Assembly (NCBI GenBank): GCA_964464605.1
Contig: CAYXJN010000001.1
Coordinates: 193,068-257,067, forward strand
Length of the DNA stretch: 64,000 bases
From: an uncultured Ignavibacteriales bacterium
GTDB taxonomy: Bacteria > Zixibacteria > MSB-5A5 > GN15 > FEB-12
Direction of reading: 5' to 3'
Shown: positions 41,567-51,683 of the stretch, piece by piece
How the letters are laid out: the number at the start of each line of letters is the position of its first letter
Position numbering within the stretch: position 1 is the stretch's first letter
Notes under the pieces: generated by a model
Database searches by the model: none
Told to the model about the DNA's origin: nothing
What the model saw: the letters and a program-made list of their open reading frames with translations, nothing else
Made by a program: the position numbers and the translations under genes

Positions 41567-43462
41567 TTATTTTGGCCGCATATATTTGACCAAGAACTGC
41601 TCCATGATCTCATAAAAATCAAATTTGTTTTCCTCATTTGAAAACCCATGCCCCTCATTTTCTTTAACAAAATAAACAACCGTTACCCCGTACTTTCTTA
41701 GTTCGTCAACTATTTGATTTGATTCTTCAAGAGGTACGCGGACATCCTTTGCGCCGGCGGCTACAAGTACAGGTGCGCTAATATGTTGAACATGAAACGC
41801 AGGTGAGACGGAAGTGAAGAGTGCACTATCTGTTTCCGGATCGCCTATCATTTCTTCGAACATTCCTCGTAACGACTTCCAGTAGGGTGGGATTCCTTTC
41901 ATCCATGAAAAGAGATTCGATACTCCCATACAATCGATACCACACGCATATAGGTCAGGGGTAAAAGTCAATCCAGCGAGCGCGGCGTAACCGCCATAAC
42001 TGGTTCCGTAAATAGCGATACGTTTGCGATCAGCAATACCTTCGGCAATCAACCAATTTACCCCATCGGTGATGTCATCCTGCATTGACTTGCCCCATTG
42101 CTTAAACGACAATTCAAAGAATTTTCTTCCATATCCCGTTGAGCCGCGGAAATTCATTTGAAGAACGGCATAGCCTCTATTAGCTAAAAACTGCACTTCC
42201 GGATCAAATCCCCATTCATTTCGGTTCCACGGACCTCCATGGGGATGTACTATCAAAGGTAATTGTTTTGGATTGACTCCTTTTGGTAGCGTCAAATATC
42301 CGTGAATCCGCAATCCATCACGCGCTATATATTCGATCGGTTTCATTTCCGCCATGTCTTCTTCCTTCAGCCAAGGATTACGATCAGCCAGCTTGGTGAG
42401 CTTATCGGCGGTTTTGTCGTACACATAATACTGACCAAATTGACGGTCGCTTAGCACTCTGAGCGTGAAAACATTTTCCTGATCATTGTTGGATGTTAAA
42501 AGCACTTCGTAGTTCGGAAACTTCTGCTGCAATCTGCCGTACATGCGCTCAGTTTCTTTATCAAGGAACTTCCGCTCCAGCTTCCAGTTAGTATAGCTGA
42601 CTTCTGTGAGTGTCTTTCTTATGCGGGAATAACTCATATGATATACATCCACGTCAGGATGTTCAAAGATCACGTCGGTTTCTTTGGCCATAGCAAGGTC
42701 AAATACGACAATAGCGCATTTGTCTCGTCCAATGTTCGAGCTGACATATAGTCCGTGATTATCGAAGGTGAAGAAAAGTGGCTCAAAGGTATCTTTAAAC
42801 GTCGTTTTCATGACGATTTTGAACGTATCACTTTCATTCTCACGATATAAGACGCTGCTGTTAACGCCATCACTCTCGATAGCTGCGCGGATTAGTCCGT
42901 TATGATCGGCCAGCCACTTGGTAATGTTCCCAGGATTCTCGGCTACTAACGTCAACTCTTCGTTCACTGTGTTTAACCGGTAAACGTCAAAAACTTCCCG
43001 TGATCGCTTGTTCATAGCGATTAACACATCCGTTTCGCTCTCTTTCAATTCATCGACCATTTGCACCTGCACGCTATCAAACGGGGTCAGGCATTGTGTT
43101 TCTTTTCCTTCACGATCGACTTTGAAAAGATGAAAATTCTCATTTCCCTCGAAGTCCTGAAAAAACAGAAGCCGGTCATTCCCTTTCCAAAAATATTCAT
43201 CAATGTCGCTATCAACTACCGAAGTGATCCGCCGAGCCGTATCTTCTGAACGAAGTCGAACAAAAATATTCATGCGCTTCTCATACGGTTGGGTGAAAGA
43301 GATATAGTTTCCGTTCGGTGAAACCATAAAGTATGACCTTTCAGGATTCCTGAAGAAATCACGCAGTGGAATTTGATGCGTTGGCTGAGTATACCCAACA
43401 ATCGATAACAGTGAAACAGTGGCTGCTGCAAACACACCGAGTTTAATTCGCAAACACCGCAT
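41567..43462 (-). CDS. S9-family serine peptidase
   Basis: HGGP, NFRGSTGYG, GTSYGG, D-VRV, EGHGF. Confidence 0.93.
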   Translation of the reverse strand: MRCLRIKLGVFAAATVSLLSIVGYTQPTHQIPLRDFFRNPERSYFMVSPNGNYISFTQPYEKRMNIFVRLRSEDTARRITSVVDSDIDEYFWKGNDRLLFFQDFEGNENFHLFKVDREGKETQCLTPFDSVQVQMVDELKESETDVLIAMNKRSREVFDVYRLNTVNEELTLVAENPGNITKWLADHNGLIRAAIESDGVNSSVLYRENESDTFKIVMKTTFKDTFEPLFFTFDNHGLYVSSNIGRDKCAIVVFDLAMAKETDVIFEHPDVDVYHMSYSRIRKTLTEVSYTNWKLERKFLDKETERMYGRLQQKFPNYEVLLTSNNDQENVFTLRVLSDRQFGQYYVYDKTADKLTKLADRNPWLKEEDMAEMKPIEYIARDGLRIHGYLTLPKGVNPKQLPLIVHPHGGPWNRNEWGFDPEVQFLANRGYAVLQMNFRGSTGYGRKFFELSFKQWGKSMQDDITDGVNWLIAEGIADRKRIAIYGTSYGGYAALAGLTFTPDLYACGIDCMGVSNLFSWMKGIPPYWKSLRGMFEEMIGDPETDSALFTSVSPAFHVQHISAPVLVAAGAKDVRVPLEESNQIVDELRKYGVTVVYFVKENEGHGFSNEENKFDFYEIMEQFLVKYMRPK

Positions 43463-43479
43463 ATACCACCATAGCTTTA

Positions 43480-43785
43480 CTAACGTTTGTCCGGAAGAAT
43501 AGCTTTTATACTGGCTGAAAATTCAGCGTGTGATCGTAAATCAACCGGCCGATGTTTGACTTTCGTACTGGCAGGGTCTTTACCAAGATAATTATCCCCC
43601 TTCCAATTCGTTTTCGGACGAACTGGACGCGGTGAAAACCCGCCACCACAATTGGGACAAACATTTTCAAGTACTGCAACACAGGAAGTACAAAAAGTGC
43701 ATTCATAGCTGCAGATATGTGCCTCAGTCGAATCAGGCGGCAATGCTGTATTGCAATTTTCGCATGTTGGTCTGAGTTCAAGCAT
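43480..43785 (-). CDS. DUF1272 cysteine-rich protein
   Basis: MLELRPTCENC...ICSYECTFC..C...CPNCGG. Confidence 0.88.
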   Translation of the reverse strand: MLELRPTCENCNTALPPDSTEAHICSYECTFCTSCVAVLENVCPNCGGGFSPRPVRPKTNWKGDNYLGKDPASTKVKHRPVDLRSHAEFSASIKAILPDKR

Positions 43786-43976
43786 TCGTAAACCTCATAT
43801 TTTCCAACGAAACTCGACGAGACGAAATAATACCAATTTGAAATCAAAATATACAACTAAACTATGTCGTAAACAAACTGTATACCGGTCATTCAATAAG
43901 CCGTAAAGATTTGCTATCGTGTTGTCGAAATTAAGGATAGATGTTGTTTACCGCCAGGAATCAAAAGGGGATACTT

Positions 43977-44756
43977 ATGCATAATCAGTTCACAAAATAT
44001 CGATGTACTCGACTAAGCCTAGTTGCACTGGCCTTAGTATGGGTAAACTCCCCGGTGCAATCAGACACAAAACCACCCATTGAAGAAGTATTTCAGGCGG
44101 AACTTGTCTACCCCCAGGAACAGGGGGAGGTTCAGGTAACGATCTTACCCAGATTTTCTCGCAGCGAATCACAAAACATAGCACTGGTACCGTTCTCATT
44201 AGAATACGGAATAACCGATTCATGGCAGTTCGAATTCGAGTGGAATTCTCTGGTGGCCATTGATGATACCCAAAGTAAAACAAAGCACGGTATTGGGGAT
44301 CTGTCATTTGGTACTAAATATAGTTTTCTCAATATCAGCCAGACCGGATTCAACTGTGCACTCACCACAGAAATAGAGCTCCCGGTTGGTGATGAAAACG
44401 AAGGATTCGGAAGTGGCGAAACAACGTTTGGCGGTTCGGTAATACTTGCACAGGATTTCAGAAAGTCGAACGCTCAACTCTTTGCTCAGGTTGGTACAGA
44501 AATTGAAAATAGTGAGATGGAACCATTTTGGAACACCGGTTTCTTTCTTCCCGTAACGTATCTTGTAGTAACCGGTGAATATAGTTGGACGGAAACGGCA
44601 AGTTACCTCGCCCCCGGTCTCGTATTTGCATTACCTGAAAATTTGCAGATTGGAATTGGCGTACCGATCGGTCTGACTGAAGATTCAGACCATTATCAGG
44701 TCATAGGTTTACTGACCTATGAGTTTACATTACGCAGCGACAGTGACGAAGATTAG
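43977..44756 (+). CDS. Outer-membrane beta-barrel transporter (MetA-pathway-like)
   Basis: Signal peptide; 'GIGDLSFGTKY', 'LPVGD..GFGSG'. Confidence 0.7.
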   Translation: MHNQFTKYRCTRLSLVALALVWVNSPVQSDTKPPIEEVFQAELVYPQEQGEVQVTILPRFSRSESQNIALVPFSLEYGITDSWQFEFEWNSLVAIDDTQSKTKHGIGDLSFGTKYSFLNISQTGFNCALTTEIELPVGDENEGFGSGETTFGGSVILAQDFRKSNAQLFAQVGTEIENSEMEPFWNTGFFLPVTYLVVTGEYSWTETASYLAPGLVFALPENLQIGIGVPIGLTEDSDHYQVIGLLTYEFTLRSDSDED

Positions 44757-44774
44757 CATGTACGCCGCAACTAA

Positions 44775-45185
44775 TTATTGCGGCTCAAATTTATGTTCAA
44801 CTATTGCATGGCCGAAAGCGATGCAATTCCCATCCGGCATCAGGATAATCAATTCCCGCTGACCATAGTGCTGATCGACCGGACCATAGACATCCTTTTC
44901 AGGCAGCGTATCAAGATACCGTTTGAGTTCCGCGTATAGCGTATCGACATTGTGTACATCGACATAGCATGTTACACCGCGATTTCCGTGAGGACCCTTT
45001 TCTGTACCTTCCTGCTGTAAAAGACGCATCCCGACTGTTTCCCGATGTAAATACGCATATCCCTCCATGCGAAACCAGACAGTGAAGCCTAAACCGCGAA
45101 AGAACTGAATCGCTGTATCCAGATCAGGGACATGCAGCAACGGTGTTATCTGCTTAAAATTGGAAGTTTTCACCGATTCACTCAT
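44775..45185 (-). CDS. VOC/bleomycin-resistance family protein
   Basis: PLLHVPDL..FF..LGF; YGQRE..PDGN.IAFG. Confidence 0.88.
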   Translation of the reverse strand: MSESVKTSNFKQITPLLHVPDLDTAIQFFRGLGFTVWFRMEGYAYLHRETVGMRLLQQEGTEKGPHGNRGVTCYVDVHNVDTLYAELKRYLDTLPEKDVYGPVDQHYGQRELIILMPDGNCIAFGHAIVEHKFEPQ

Positions 45186-45191
45186 AGTGAC

Positions 45192-45403
45192 CTAAAAATA
45201 TTCTGTAATGTCCTTTTTCCAATAAAACTGTCGTGCTACTTTTAGTACGGAGCATGCAGGTCGTGGTTTCGTATTTCTTCGATGCCCCGCACTCGTTTAG
45301 GTAATGCGTTTCGGAATTGCCGTTCCTCCAAATATCAAACCCCATGAGATAGATTCGATCGAGTTCATTATGGGAGCGCTTTACTAATTGTGAGGTTTTT
45401 CAT
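45192..45403 (-). pseudogene. Frameshifted, truncated GNAT-like remnant
   Basis: ATG 45403 gives MKNLTISKAL then a stop; the +1 frame continues HNELDRIYLMGFDIWRNGNSETHYLNECGASKKY, which resembles a GNAT N-terminus. Confidence 0.45.
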
Positions 45404-45410
45404 ATCGGTG

Positions 45411-46343
45411 CTAACCGATGAGTGAGTTATGGATAGCCACAAGTGTTAATACGCTGACAATCAGCCACAAAAGAACACCCTGAAGCAGCGGTGCAAATCC
45501 GACACGTTTGAGTACTTCGCGCGTTAATCCTGATCCAATCAAAAAGAGTGTGAGAACCAAAAGCTGACGTGAACATGCCGCGATACCATCCCATACTACT
45601 GACCAATCCGGAACCAGAGAGCGGATAACCGCTGCTACAATAAAGCCTAAAATGAATAACGGAAACTTGATTTTCTGCTTCGACTTGGTGAACAACGCTG
45701 TGCCAAGCACTACCGGCGTTATCCAGAGAGCGCGGGTGAGTTTAACCGTTACTCCCACCGCCAATGCGACTGCGCCATACGCCGATGCCGCGCCTACTAC
45801 GCTGCTGGTATCATGAATAGCCAGTGCCGCCCATAATCCGAATGATTCCTGACTCATCTGCAGCGCATGCCCGACAATCGGAAACAAAAGTAGCGCAACG
45901 GCATTTAGGGTAAACACCGTGGCGAGCGATACGGCGATTTCTTCGTCTTTTGCCTTTATCACCGGTGCCATCGCTGCAATCGCGCTTCCTCCGCAGATAG
46001 CAGTGCCGAATGAGATAAGTTGTGAGGTGTTCGACTCTACCCTGAGCAATTTACCCAAAAGCCTTCCCACAATAATCGTAAACGCTATTCCGATAATCGT
46101 ATATACAATCGAATTCCCGCCTTCGCGAAGCACCTGCATTATCCCGATTCCAAACCCAAGTCCCACTACCGAGATCTGCAAAAGGATTTTGCTCCATGAG
46201 GATGCCAATTTAGGTATTGGGTTGGAAAATACAAGACTGAACAAAATTCCGGCAGCTAATGCTATGGGTGTGCTTACTTTCGGCAATAAACACAAAAGCG
46301 CAAAGGCAATGAAGATGATAGTTTTGAAATTGATTTGTTTCAC
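45411..46343 (-). CDS. YeiH/UPF0324 putative sulfate-sulfite exporter
   Basis: GTAICGGSAIAA, AIHDTSSVVGA, KLTRALWI. Confidence 0.9.
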   Translation of the reverse strand: MKQINFKTIIFIAFALLCLLPKVSTPIALAAGILFSLVFSNPIPKLASSWSKILLQISVVGLGFGIGIMQVLREGGNSIVYTIIGIAFTIIVGRLLGKLLRVESNTSQLISFGTAICGGSAIAAMAPVIKAKDEEIAVSLATVFTLNAVALLLFPIVGHALQMSQESFGLWAALAIHDTSSVVGAASAYGAVALAVGVTVKLTRALWITPVVLGTALFTKSKQKIKFPLFILGFIVAAVIRSLVPDWSVVWDGIAACSRQLLVLTLFLIGSGLTREVLKRVGFAPLLQGVLLWLIVSVLTLVAIHNSLIG

Positions 46344-46353
46344 GCTGCGTACA

Positions 46354-47787
46354 TCAGCTTGTCAAAATCGGATAGCGCAGCCCTTTCCATGCGGCCATCC
46401 CTCCATCAACATACGTCACCCTATATCCAAGTCGTTCCAGAAAACCGTACGCCAATCGCGATCGTTCGCCGGCCTGACACAGAACATGAATATGCTTATC
46501 GCGCGGCAGTTCGATGTGACGGTGGAGCAATTGGACGTGTGAGATATTATATGCGCCTTCGATTCTTCCTGTCTCGACCAATTCAGATTCCTTGCGCACA
46601 TCCAGCACAATCAAATCAGGCTCGCCGATTCTGTCGAGCAGTGTTTTTACGTTTATCACTTGTGATTGAACAGGCGGTTTTTTCCAGGCAAAAAATTCAC
46701 TAAGCTGATCGGAAGTAATATACCCGGCAATTGCATCAAGCCCGACGCGAATACAATCGGTAACTGCCTCATCAAGCTGATACGGCTCAACAATAAGATA
46801 AATATGTTCATCCGGTTCAACGAATGCGCCGATAGTACCGGTGAATGATTTGTTCAAAGGAGCAAACAATACTCCGGACAAATGACCATCCTGATACTCC
46901 TCCCATGACCGCGTATCGACAAAAATATTTTTTGGCTGTGATAACAACGCTTCGATTTCATCCGATACCACCGCTCGCGGTTTCGGTCGGTCGGTCAGGA
47001 GAGCTGGCCCCTGACGATTCTCCTTTTTCATCCTCGCGAAATACGCAGGCGGTTCCGGCTGGCCGTTTATAATATAGTGGACAAAATGGTCCGGTTCCGT
47101 AGCTGCTTTAATGGATGGGTTTGTTTCCAATTCATGCCCGATTGTCGAAACAGGCATTATGCTGAGTGATTTCCCGCACGAGCTTCCTGCGCCATGTCCC
47201 GGCCAAAGCGTGAGCGATGGGGCAAGATGTTTGAACACCTGAATCGAATTAAAGAGTTCTTTAGCTGACTGCACCATCGTGCCCTCTTGCTTGGCGGCGC
47301 GCTCTAAAAGATCGGGACGGCCGACATCACCGGCGAACACAAAATCTCCGCTTATCAATCCAAGCGTTTGTTCGGGATTGCGCGAAAGATCAGTTACTAA
47401 ATAGGTCAAATGCTCCGGCGTGTGCCCGGGTGTGTGGCCCACATCCAAACGGATGCTGCCAATCGTAATACTGTCTTTATGTTTGAGTAATTGGAAATTG
47501 TATGAAGAATTGATCAGCCATTCATATTGCCAGTCGGCGCCGCCTTCTCCCGATGCATATATTTTTATTCCGGGCATCGCCGCGAATTGACGTAGCCCCG
47601 ACAAATAGTCCGCGTGAATATGCGTATCGGCTGCCGCAATGATATTCAATCCCGCTTGTTTCGCGCTCTCAAGATATCGTTCTATATCCCGCTCCGGGTC
47701 GATAAGAATAGCCATACCGGTCTTTTCACAGCCGAGCAAGTATGCGTGGTGTGCAAGTTTGGGGTCGATAATTTGTTGAATAATCAT
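46354..47787 (-). CDS. Persulfide dioxygenase-like MBL fused to two rhodanese domains (CstB-like)
   Basis: THIHADY, HTPGHTPEH, GDVGRPDL, PGHGAGSSCGK; C-terminal rhodanese LCQAGERS. Confidence 0.88.
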   Translation of the reverse strand: MIIQQIIDPKLAHHAYLLGCEKTGMAILIDPERDIERYLESAKQAGLNIIAAADTHIHADYLSGLRQFAAMPGIKIYASGEGGADWQYEWLINSSYNFQLLKHKDSITIGSIRLDVGHTPGHTPEHLTYLVTDLSRNPEQTLGLISGDFVFAGDVGRPDLLERAAKQEGTMVQSAKELFNSIQVFKHLAPSLTLWPGHGAGSSCGKSLSIMPVSTIGHELETNPSIKAATEPDHFVHYIINGQPEPPAYFARMKKENRQGPALLTDRPKPRAVVSDEIEALLSQPKNIFVDTRSWEEYQDGHLSGVLFAPLNKSFTGTIGAFVEPDEHIYLIVEPYQLDEAVTDCIRVGLDAIAGYITSDQLSEFFAWKKPPVQSQVINVKTLLDRIGEPDLIVLDVRKESELVETGRIEGAYNISHVQLLHRHIELPRDKHIHVLCQAGERSRLAYGFLERLGYRVTYVDGGMAAWKGLRYPILTS

Positions 47788-47836
47788 GCGTCAGTTATAG
47801 AAAACCGCCCACTTATTGAGCGGTTTCATAGTAAAA

Positions 47837-48475
47837 TCATTTATTTGGTTGGGGTGTCATGCGAAGATACGGCCGAATAACCGTGTACCCTTTCGGAAAC
47901 CGTTTCGCCAAATCTTCCGGATCCTGCAGCGCCGGTGCGATAACGCAATCGTTGCCATCCTGCCAATTGACCGGGGTTGCGACGCTGTATTTCGCGGTAA
48001 GCTGCAATGAATCGATCACGCGCAGAATTTCATCAAAGTTACGGCCGGTGGAGGCCGGATAGGTAATCGTCAGTTTGATTTTTTTATCCGGACCGATAAC
48101 GAAAACAGAACGGACGGTTGCGGTCTCGTTCGCGTTCGGATGAATCATATCATACAGATTGGAAACTGTTCTATCGGCATCGGCCAAAATCGGGTAATTA
48201 ACTTTAGTGTTTTGCGTGTCGTTGATATCGTTTACCCATTTGGTATGTGATTCGAGTGGATCAACCGAAAGCGCGATCATTTTCACGTTTCGTTTCGTGA
48301 ACTGCTCTTTGAGCTTGGCGGCCATACCGAGTTCAGTCGTACAGACCGGCGTGAAATCGGCAGGATGCGAAAACAACACTCCCCAGGAATCACCGAGGTA
48401 GTCATGAAATTTGATCAGACCATCTGTCGACTGCTGGGTAAAATCGGGTGCTGTATCGCCTAAACGTAAAGCCAC
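47837..48475 (-). CDS. 1-Cys peroxiredoxin (Prx6)
   Basis: FSHPADFTPVCTTE, YPASTGRNF; GTG start after AGGAGG. Confidence 0.93.
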   Translation of the reverse strand: MALRLGDTAPDFTQQSTDGLIKFHDYLGDSWGVLFSHPADFTPVCTTELGMAAKLKEQFTKRNVKMIALSVDPLESHTKWVNDINDTQNTKVNYPILADADRTVSNLYDMIHPNANETATVRSVFVIGPDKKIKLTITYPASTGRNFDEILRVIDSLQLTAKYSVATPVNWQDGNDCVIAPALQDPEDLAKRFPKGYTVIRPYLRMTPQPNK

Positions 48476-48645
48476 ATAAACCTCCTGTACCGGCACGAAA
48501 CGTTATAGAGAGATTTTTTACTACTGCAAAAGTAACGGAAATACGACTGATTATCAAGTGCATATCTGAGTTGCCTATTGAGTAGGTAGTTCATAGCTGC
48601 CAAAAGATGTTTGCCCATCACCGCTTTTTGCCGTTTATTCGTTTC

Positions 48646-49938
48646 ATGAAGATCAGCTGTGTTATTCCCGCATTCAACGAGGAAGCGACCATCGTAAGTG
48701 TCATTTCCACTGTTAGGAAAGTTCGTACCATCGATGAAATAATTGTCGTCGACGACGGATCAACAGATAGCACGTACGCGCTTGCGGTTGCCGAAGGGGT
48801 GAGCGTAATCCGGCACCGGAAGAACAAAGGCAAAGGCGCGGCAATTAAAACCGGTCTGGCTGAAGCAAAGGGTGATGCCATTCTGTTCATAGATGCTGAC
48901 CTCCAGTCAATTTCACCCAAAAAAATTGCTTCCCTGCTTCACCCTCTGGAAGCCGACGAAGCTGATTTTGTTAAAGCAAGCTTTACCCGCGCCAGAGGCC
49001 GGGTCACCGAGTTGGTGGTGAAACCCCTGTTGCAGGTTATGATCCCATTCGTAAAGTTCGATCAACCCCTAAGCGGCCAATTTGCTATCAAGAAAGATCT
49101 GATTCGTGAGATTACCATAAACGACAATTGGGGAATTGATATTCAGATATTACTGCATATGGTCAAAAGGGGCGTACGCATTGCAGAGGTCGACATCGGG
49201 AAACTTAGACATAAGAAACAACCAATCGAAAATCTGACAATTATGTCCGAGCAGGTGATACAAACGATATTGTCGGAATTGGGCGTTATCGCTAATCGAC
49301 ACAAACTGGTGATATTCGACTTCGACAGGACTTTGATTGAAGGAAGCAGTATTGAAACGATTGCGAGAGCGTGGGGATTTGAACATGAACTTATCCGTCT
49401 TCGTGCTGAGAGGAAAATGGGAAATTTGAAAAATTTCGAGCTAACTCTTGAGTTAGCCAAATGCTTCAAGCACAGAACCGAAAGTGACCTTTTACAGATT
49501 GTGGAAAAAATTGGATTGAGAAACGCTGCGATTGGAACGATCAATCGACTCAAAAAGCGGCAGTATGAAATCGGTATTGTATCCGAGGCATTTTCCGGAA
49601 TAATTGCCTCATTCGCCAACACGCTTGGGATCATTGCAGAGCACGTCATATCTCCTGTTCTGGTCACTGACCGCAACGGAGCTTATACCGGTGAAGTGAT
49701 AGCACGAACAAAATACAATGCTAGTTGCTGTGACAGAATAATTTGCAAAGCAGACGCAGCAAAAGAACTCATGAAAAAGCTAAAAGTGCGGGCTGAAGAA
49801 TGTATTGCAGTCGGGGACGGTGAATCGGATGCCTGTTTATTCAGAGCAAGCGCCTTATCGCTTGCCTTATCACCGGTTGTTCCTATCGGAGATATTCATA
49901 TATCGAACCTTGCCGAAGTTCTCATTTATGCAGAGTAA
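48646..49938 (+). CDS. GpgS-like glycosyltransferase fused to a SerB-like HAD phosphatase
   Basis: IPAFNEE, DAD, GRVTELVVKPLL, QPLSGQFA, HKKQP; HAD motifs FDFDRTL, K and GDGESD. Confidence 0.8.
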   Translation: MKISCVIPAFNEEATIVSVISTVRKVRTIDEIIVVDDGSTDSTYALAVAEGVSVIRHRKNKGKGAAIKTGLAEAKGDAILFIDADLQSISPKKIASLLHPLEADEADFVKASFTRARGRVTELVVKPLLQVMIPFVKFDQPLSGQFAIKKDLIREITINDNWGIDIQILLHMVKRGVRIAEVDIGKLRHKKQPIENLTIMSEQVIQTILSELGVIANRHKLVIFDFDRTLIEGSSIETIARAWGFEHELIRLRAERKMGNLKNFELTLELAKCFKHRTESDLLQIVEKIGLRNAAIGTINRLKKRQYEIGIVSEAFSGIIASFANTLGIIAEHVISPVLVTDRNGAYTGEVIARTKYNASCCDRIICKADAAKELMKKLKVRAEECIAVGDGESDACLFRASALSLALSPVVPIGDIHISNLAEVLIYAE

Positions 49939-49963
49939 AAAGTAATGCTTCTGCTACCAAGGA

Positions 49964-51013
49964 TCAAAACCGAAACTTCTCAAACGTCGTACCGTTAAAC
50001 TTGTACACCCCGGCATTATGGGTGCCAAGCCATAAGTCTCCATGGTTATCCTTATAAACAAAGAAAAGCGTAACATTGGTGCTACCATCGTTGATCGGAT
50101 ACCGCGTGACGTGCTCTCCATCATATCGCCAAACACCGGCACCATACGTCGCTAACCAAATATCACCGTTGTTATCCTCCGCAATTGACATATAACTAAC
50201 CAGTGTACCTTCTACATCTCCAATCCCTTTTTCTTCTCTCAGATTGACGATATTCTTGCCGTTGTAGTGGTACACTGCCTGACCGCTGTTGCCGAACCAA
50301 TAATTTCCGTTTTTATCTTCATAAATACAGCGAATCGGAGACTCAAGCAGAGCGCTGTCCGTAATCCAAGTAAACGATTTGCCATCGTAGCGGCACGCAC
50401 CCAAACAGGTCGTACCGAACCAGATATTTCCGCTACGGTCCTTTAGAATACCGTACACATCATAGGGGCTATATACCATATTCGGATACTGTGAACGCGG
50501 GAATTTTGCAATGAATGCTTCGCCAAGTTGAGTTTTAGGAAGCTCTAAACGATGCAACGTTGCGCCGTCATACCGATACACCAAACCGGAATCCTGGGTA
50601 CCATTGAACCATAAATCATATGGTTGTAGTTTCCATTCACTGCTTGCAGCGGGATTGAGCGTGGTAAAAGTTTGCCCGTCGAATTTGCTTATACCTTGTC
50701 GAGTATTAAAATAAACGTTGCCGGATGTATCCCCTTGAATACTCCAAATGTAGTTGTTACATAGGCCATCTTTGGTAGTAAAGTGAATGATAGCTTTTCC
50801 ATCATACCGATACACCCCTTCCCCGTTGCTTCCAAACCAAAAAATGTTGTTTTGATCTTGATAAATCCCCCAAATGCTGTCATCGATTTCTGAAACAGCG
50901 TCCCCTGTGGCGATATTTCCATCAATTATTAGATTGTTAGCGGCTTGAGCGCTGCTTAAGGTACGAAACGAAAGGGAAAGAACCAGCAAACCGAAAAGCA
51001 GAATCGTTTTCAA
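49964..51013 (-). CDS. Secreted beta-propeller (two-component regulator propeller repeats)
   Basis: Repeated 'I.ED..GN.WFG..G..RYDG' blades; no kinase domain. Confidence 0.85.
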   Translation of the reverse strand: MKTILLFGLLVLSLSFRTLSSAQAANNLIIDGNIATGDAVSEIDDSIWGIYQDQNNIFWFGSNGEGVYRYDGKAIIHFTTKDGLCNNYIWSIQGDTSGNVYFNTRQGISKFDGQTFTTLNPAASSEWKLQPYDLWFNGTQDSGLVYRYDGATLHRLELPKTQLGEAFIAKFPRSQYPNMVYSPYDVYGILKDRSGNIWFGTTCLGACRYDGKSFTWITDSALLESPIRCIYEDKNGNYWFGNSGQAVYHYNGKNIVNLREEKGIGDVEGTLVSYMSIAEDNNGDIWLATYGAGVWRYDGEHVTRYPINDGSTNVTLFFVYKDNHGDLWLGTHNAGVYKFNGTTFEKFRF

Positions 51014-51085
51014 AGTCAGTATCCTTTATGTTCGTCTATATTCATAAAGGCTTATATGAAGAAATATGTGTTTAGACGAAGAAAA

Positions 51086-51661
51086 TTAAACCCGTAACCA
51101 ACCGCGAAACCCACGGGCGGCATAATACGATTCTGCACTATTGTGATACAAAAAAACAGTGTTATAGCGACGATCACCAAAAAGAGCGCCGCCGAGCTTT
51201 CGAATATCGACCGGTGTTTTTACCCAGCTTGATGTCTTTTCATCGAACTTTCCGATTTTCTGCAGTTCCCGATACTGTTCTTCCGTTAAAAGCTCAATAC
51301 CCATAGCTGCAGCCATATCCATAGCGCTATTTTTTGGTTTATGTTCTTTTCGTGAGTTCAGCGCTAAACCGTCATAGCAAACGCTTCTGCGCTCTTTCGG
51401 GCTTTCAGCTGAACAATCATAAAAAATATATTCACCCGTCTTTTTGTCATGAGCAACAACATCCGGCTCACCGCCGGATTGTTCCATTTCATTGAGCGAC
51501 CAAAGCTTTTCAGCGTTTGCTTCCAATCTTGCCTGCACTTTTGTCCATTCAAGACCTTTGTGCCGGGTCATATTCTTCTCGAAACGGGTCTTCAATGTTT
51601 TGAGCAGTTCGTTCCGTTCTGATGCAGAGAGTTTCTTTTTCGTGCTGCTGGTTTTGCTCAC
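51086..51661 (-). CDS. DUF4256 family protein
   Basis: RFEKNM.RH, GGEPDVV, DCSAESP, KTSSW, RGFRG. Confidence 0.85.
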   Translation of the reverse strand: MSKTSSTKKKLSASERNELLKTLKTRFEKNMTRHKGLEWTKVQARLEANAEKLWSLNEMEQSGGEPDVVAHDKKTGEYIFYDCSAESPKERRSVCYDGLALNSRKEHKPKNSAMDMAAAMGIELLTEEQYRELQKIGKFDEKTSSWVKTPVDIRKLGGALFGDRRYNTVFLYHNSAESYYAARGFRGWLRV

Positions 51662-51683
51662 AATCCCTGACTCCGGCAATCTA

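Noticed and set aside
45919..46703. Plus-strand ORFs over yeiH and the rhodanese fusion
   Set aside because: Antisense shadows with no recognisable motifs.
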